Source of the DNA: Pirellulales bacterium
GTDB lineage: Bacteria > Planctomycetota > Planctomycetia > Pirellulales > JAEUIK01
Assembly (NCBI GenBank): GCA_019745975.1
Contig: JAIESQ010000002.1
Coordinates: 26,595-90,594 of the forward strand
DNA length: 64,000 bases
Direction of reading: 5' to 3'
The notes beneath the pieces were generated by a model. The model was not told the origin of the DNA. It made no database searches and saw only the letters and a program-made list of their open reading frames with translations. The translations under genes and the position numbers were made by a program. Positions 63,151 through 64,000 of this stretch are shown piece after piece; position 1 is the first letter of the stretch, and each line of letters starts with the position of its first letter.

Positions 63151-64000
63151 TTACCCAGATTCTCTGACCGGAATGCTTTGCCGACCTTGCGCCAGCACTT
63201 CGACGTCTCGCAAAAAGGCCGCGGCTTCCTCCGGGCCGACCGGATTGATGTAAAAGCCGCTACCCCACTCAAAGCCCGCCGGCTTCGTTAAACGCGGAAT
63301 AACTTCTATATGCCAGTGATAGTGATATAGCTCCGGTGTGTCAAACGGCGAGTTGTGCAGGATGTAGTGATAGGCGGGGCGATCGAGCGCGGTCTCGATC
63401 TTGCCGATCGTTTGTCGCAGCACACCCGAGAGTTCCTCGACGCCGTGCTTCTGAATGTTCTCGAAGTGGCTGGCATGTGGCTTCGGCAAGATCCAGGTCT
63501 CATACGGAAACCGGCTGGCGAACGGACAGAACGCGACGAAGCCCGGCGTGTCGAGGACGATCCGCTTCTCGAACGTCAGCTCCTGCTGAATCATGTCGCA
63601 GAACACGCAGCGACCGCGATAGTTGTAAAACTCCAGCGCCCCGGTCATCTCTTCCCAGACGTTGATCGGCACGATGGGCGTCACGATCAACTGGCTGTGC
63701 GTGTGCTCGAGCGAAGCGCCGGCCGCCGCGCCGACGTTCTTGAAGATCATGCCGTAGACCAACCGGGAGTCTTTCTTCAGATCGACCAAACGGTCGCGAT
63801 AGATCCACAGCACTTCTTCAATCTGCGCGGCGCTCAAATCGGCGGTCGAGAGCACGTGCTGGGGGGACTCGATGATCACCTCGTGCGCGCCGACCCCGCG
63901 CATCAGGTCGTAAATGCCTTCGCCCCGCTTTTGCAGGTCTCCTTCGATCTCCAGCGCCGGAAACTTGTTCGGCACCACGCGCACCCGCCAGCCAGGGCCG
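63151..64000 (-). CDS. galactose-1-phosphate uridylyltransferase-like (GalT/HIT superfamily) nucleotidyltransferase, N-terminus beyond the right edge
   Basis: [19 protein letters not shown] (HxHxQ) and [11 protein letters not shown] motifs. The frame stays open upstream of the GTG at 63984 to the window end. Confidence 0.85.
   Translation of the reverse strand, partial: GPGWRVRVVPNKFPALEIEGDLQKRGEGIYDLMRGVGAHEVIIESPQHVLSTADLSAAQIEEVLWIYRDRLVDLKKDSRLVYGMIFKNVGAAAGASLEHTHSQLIVTPIVPINVWEEMTGALEFYNYRGRCVFCDMIQQELTFEKRIVLDTPGFVAFCPFASRFPYETWILPKPHASHFENIQKHGVEELSGVLRQTIGKIETALDRPAYHYILHNSPFDTPELYHYHWHIEVIPRLTKPAGFEWGSGFYINPVGPEEAAAFLRDVEVLAQGRQSIPVRESG

Overview
High-GC chromosomal segment. Its gene content points to Planctomycetota, probably Pirellulales-like; this is inferred from family content only. 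The supporting families are three DUF1501 proteins, one DUF1549/DUF1553 protein, two PEP-CTERM proteins, an H-X9-D(G/S)-type protein, a PVC-type CxxCH/HEAT protein and an H4MPT formyltransferase. I can support about 55 protein genes and one tRNA-Leu(CAG). Housekeeping genes include argS, gltX, pcm, bcp, rsfS, a Dus and a PBP4-type peptidase. I recognise no rRNA, CRISPR array, transposase, integrase or phage gene. Many long ORFs in the track are antisense shadow ORFs of a GC-rich genome and were not called. I did not find a convincing new multi-gene protein system. The most unusual signal is non-coding: several families of structured palindromic repeats. Three copies of one family lie in-frame inside coding regions and add the same peptide module, and a hairpin of a different family sits in-frame in one of those genes. 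Other points worth a second look: (1) a repeat-dense, gene-poor tract at 30.1-34.5 kb next to tRNA-Leu, holding a decaying tandem array of small 2-TM paralogs and an orphan near-consensus sigma70-type promoter; (2) a 40-bp repeat with GGACGCAA boxes at two distant loci; (3) a ParE/RelE-type toxin-antitoxin cassette next to a truncated PLP-enzyme gene; (4) a cytosine-deaminase homolog whose zinc-ligand His is Pro; (5) a nine-gene co-directional array containing FemAB-like GNAT, CE4 deacetylase, glutaminyl cyclase and methyltransferase genes. All family calls rest on motifs read by eye and recalled family knowledge. No database search was run.
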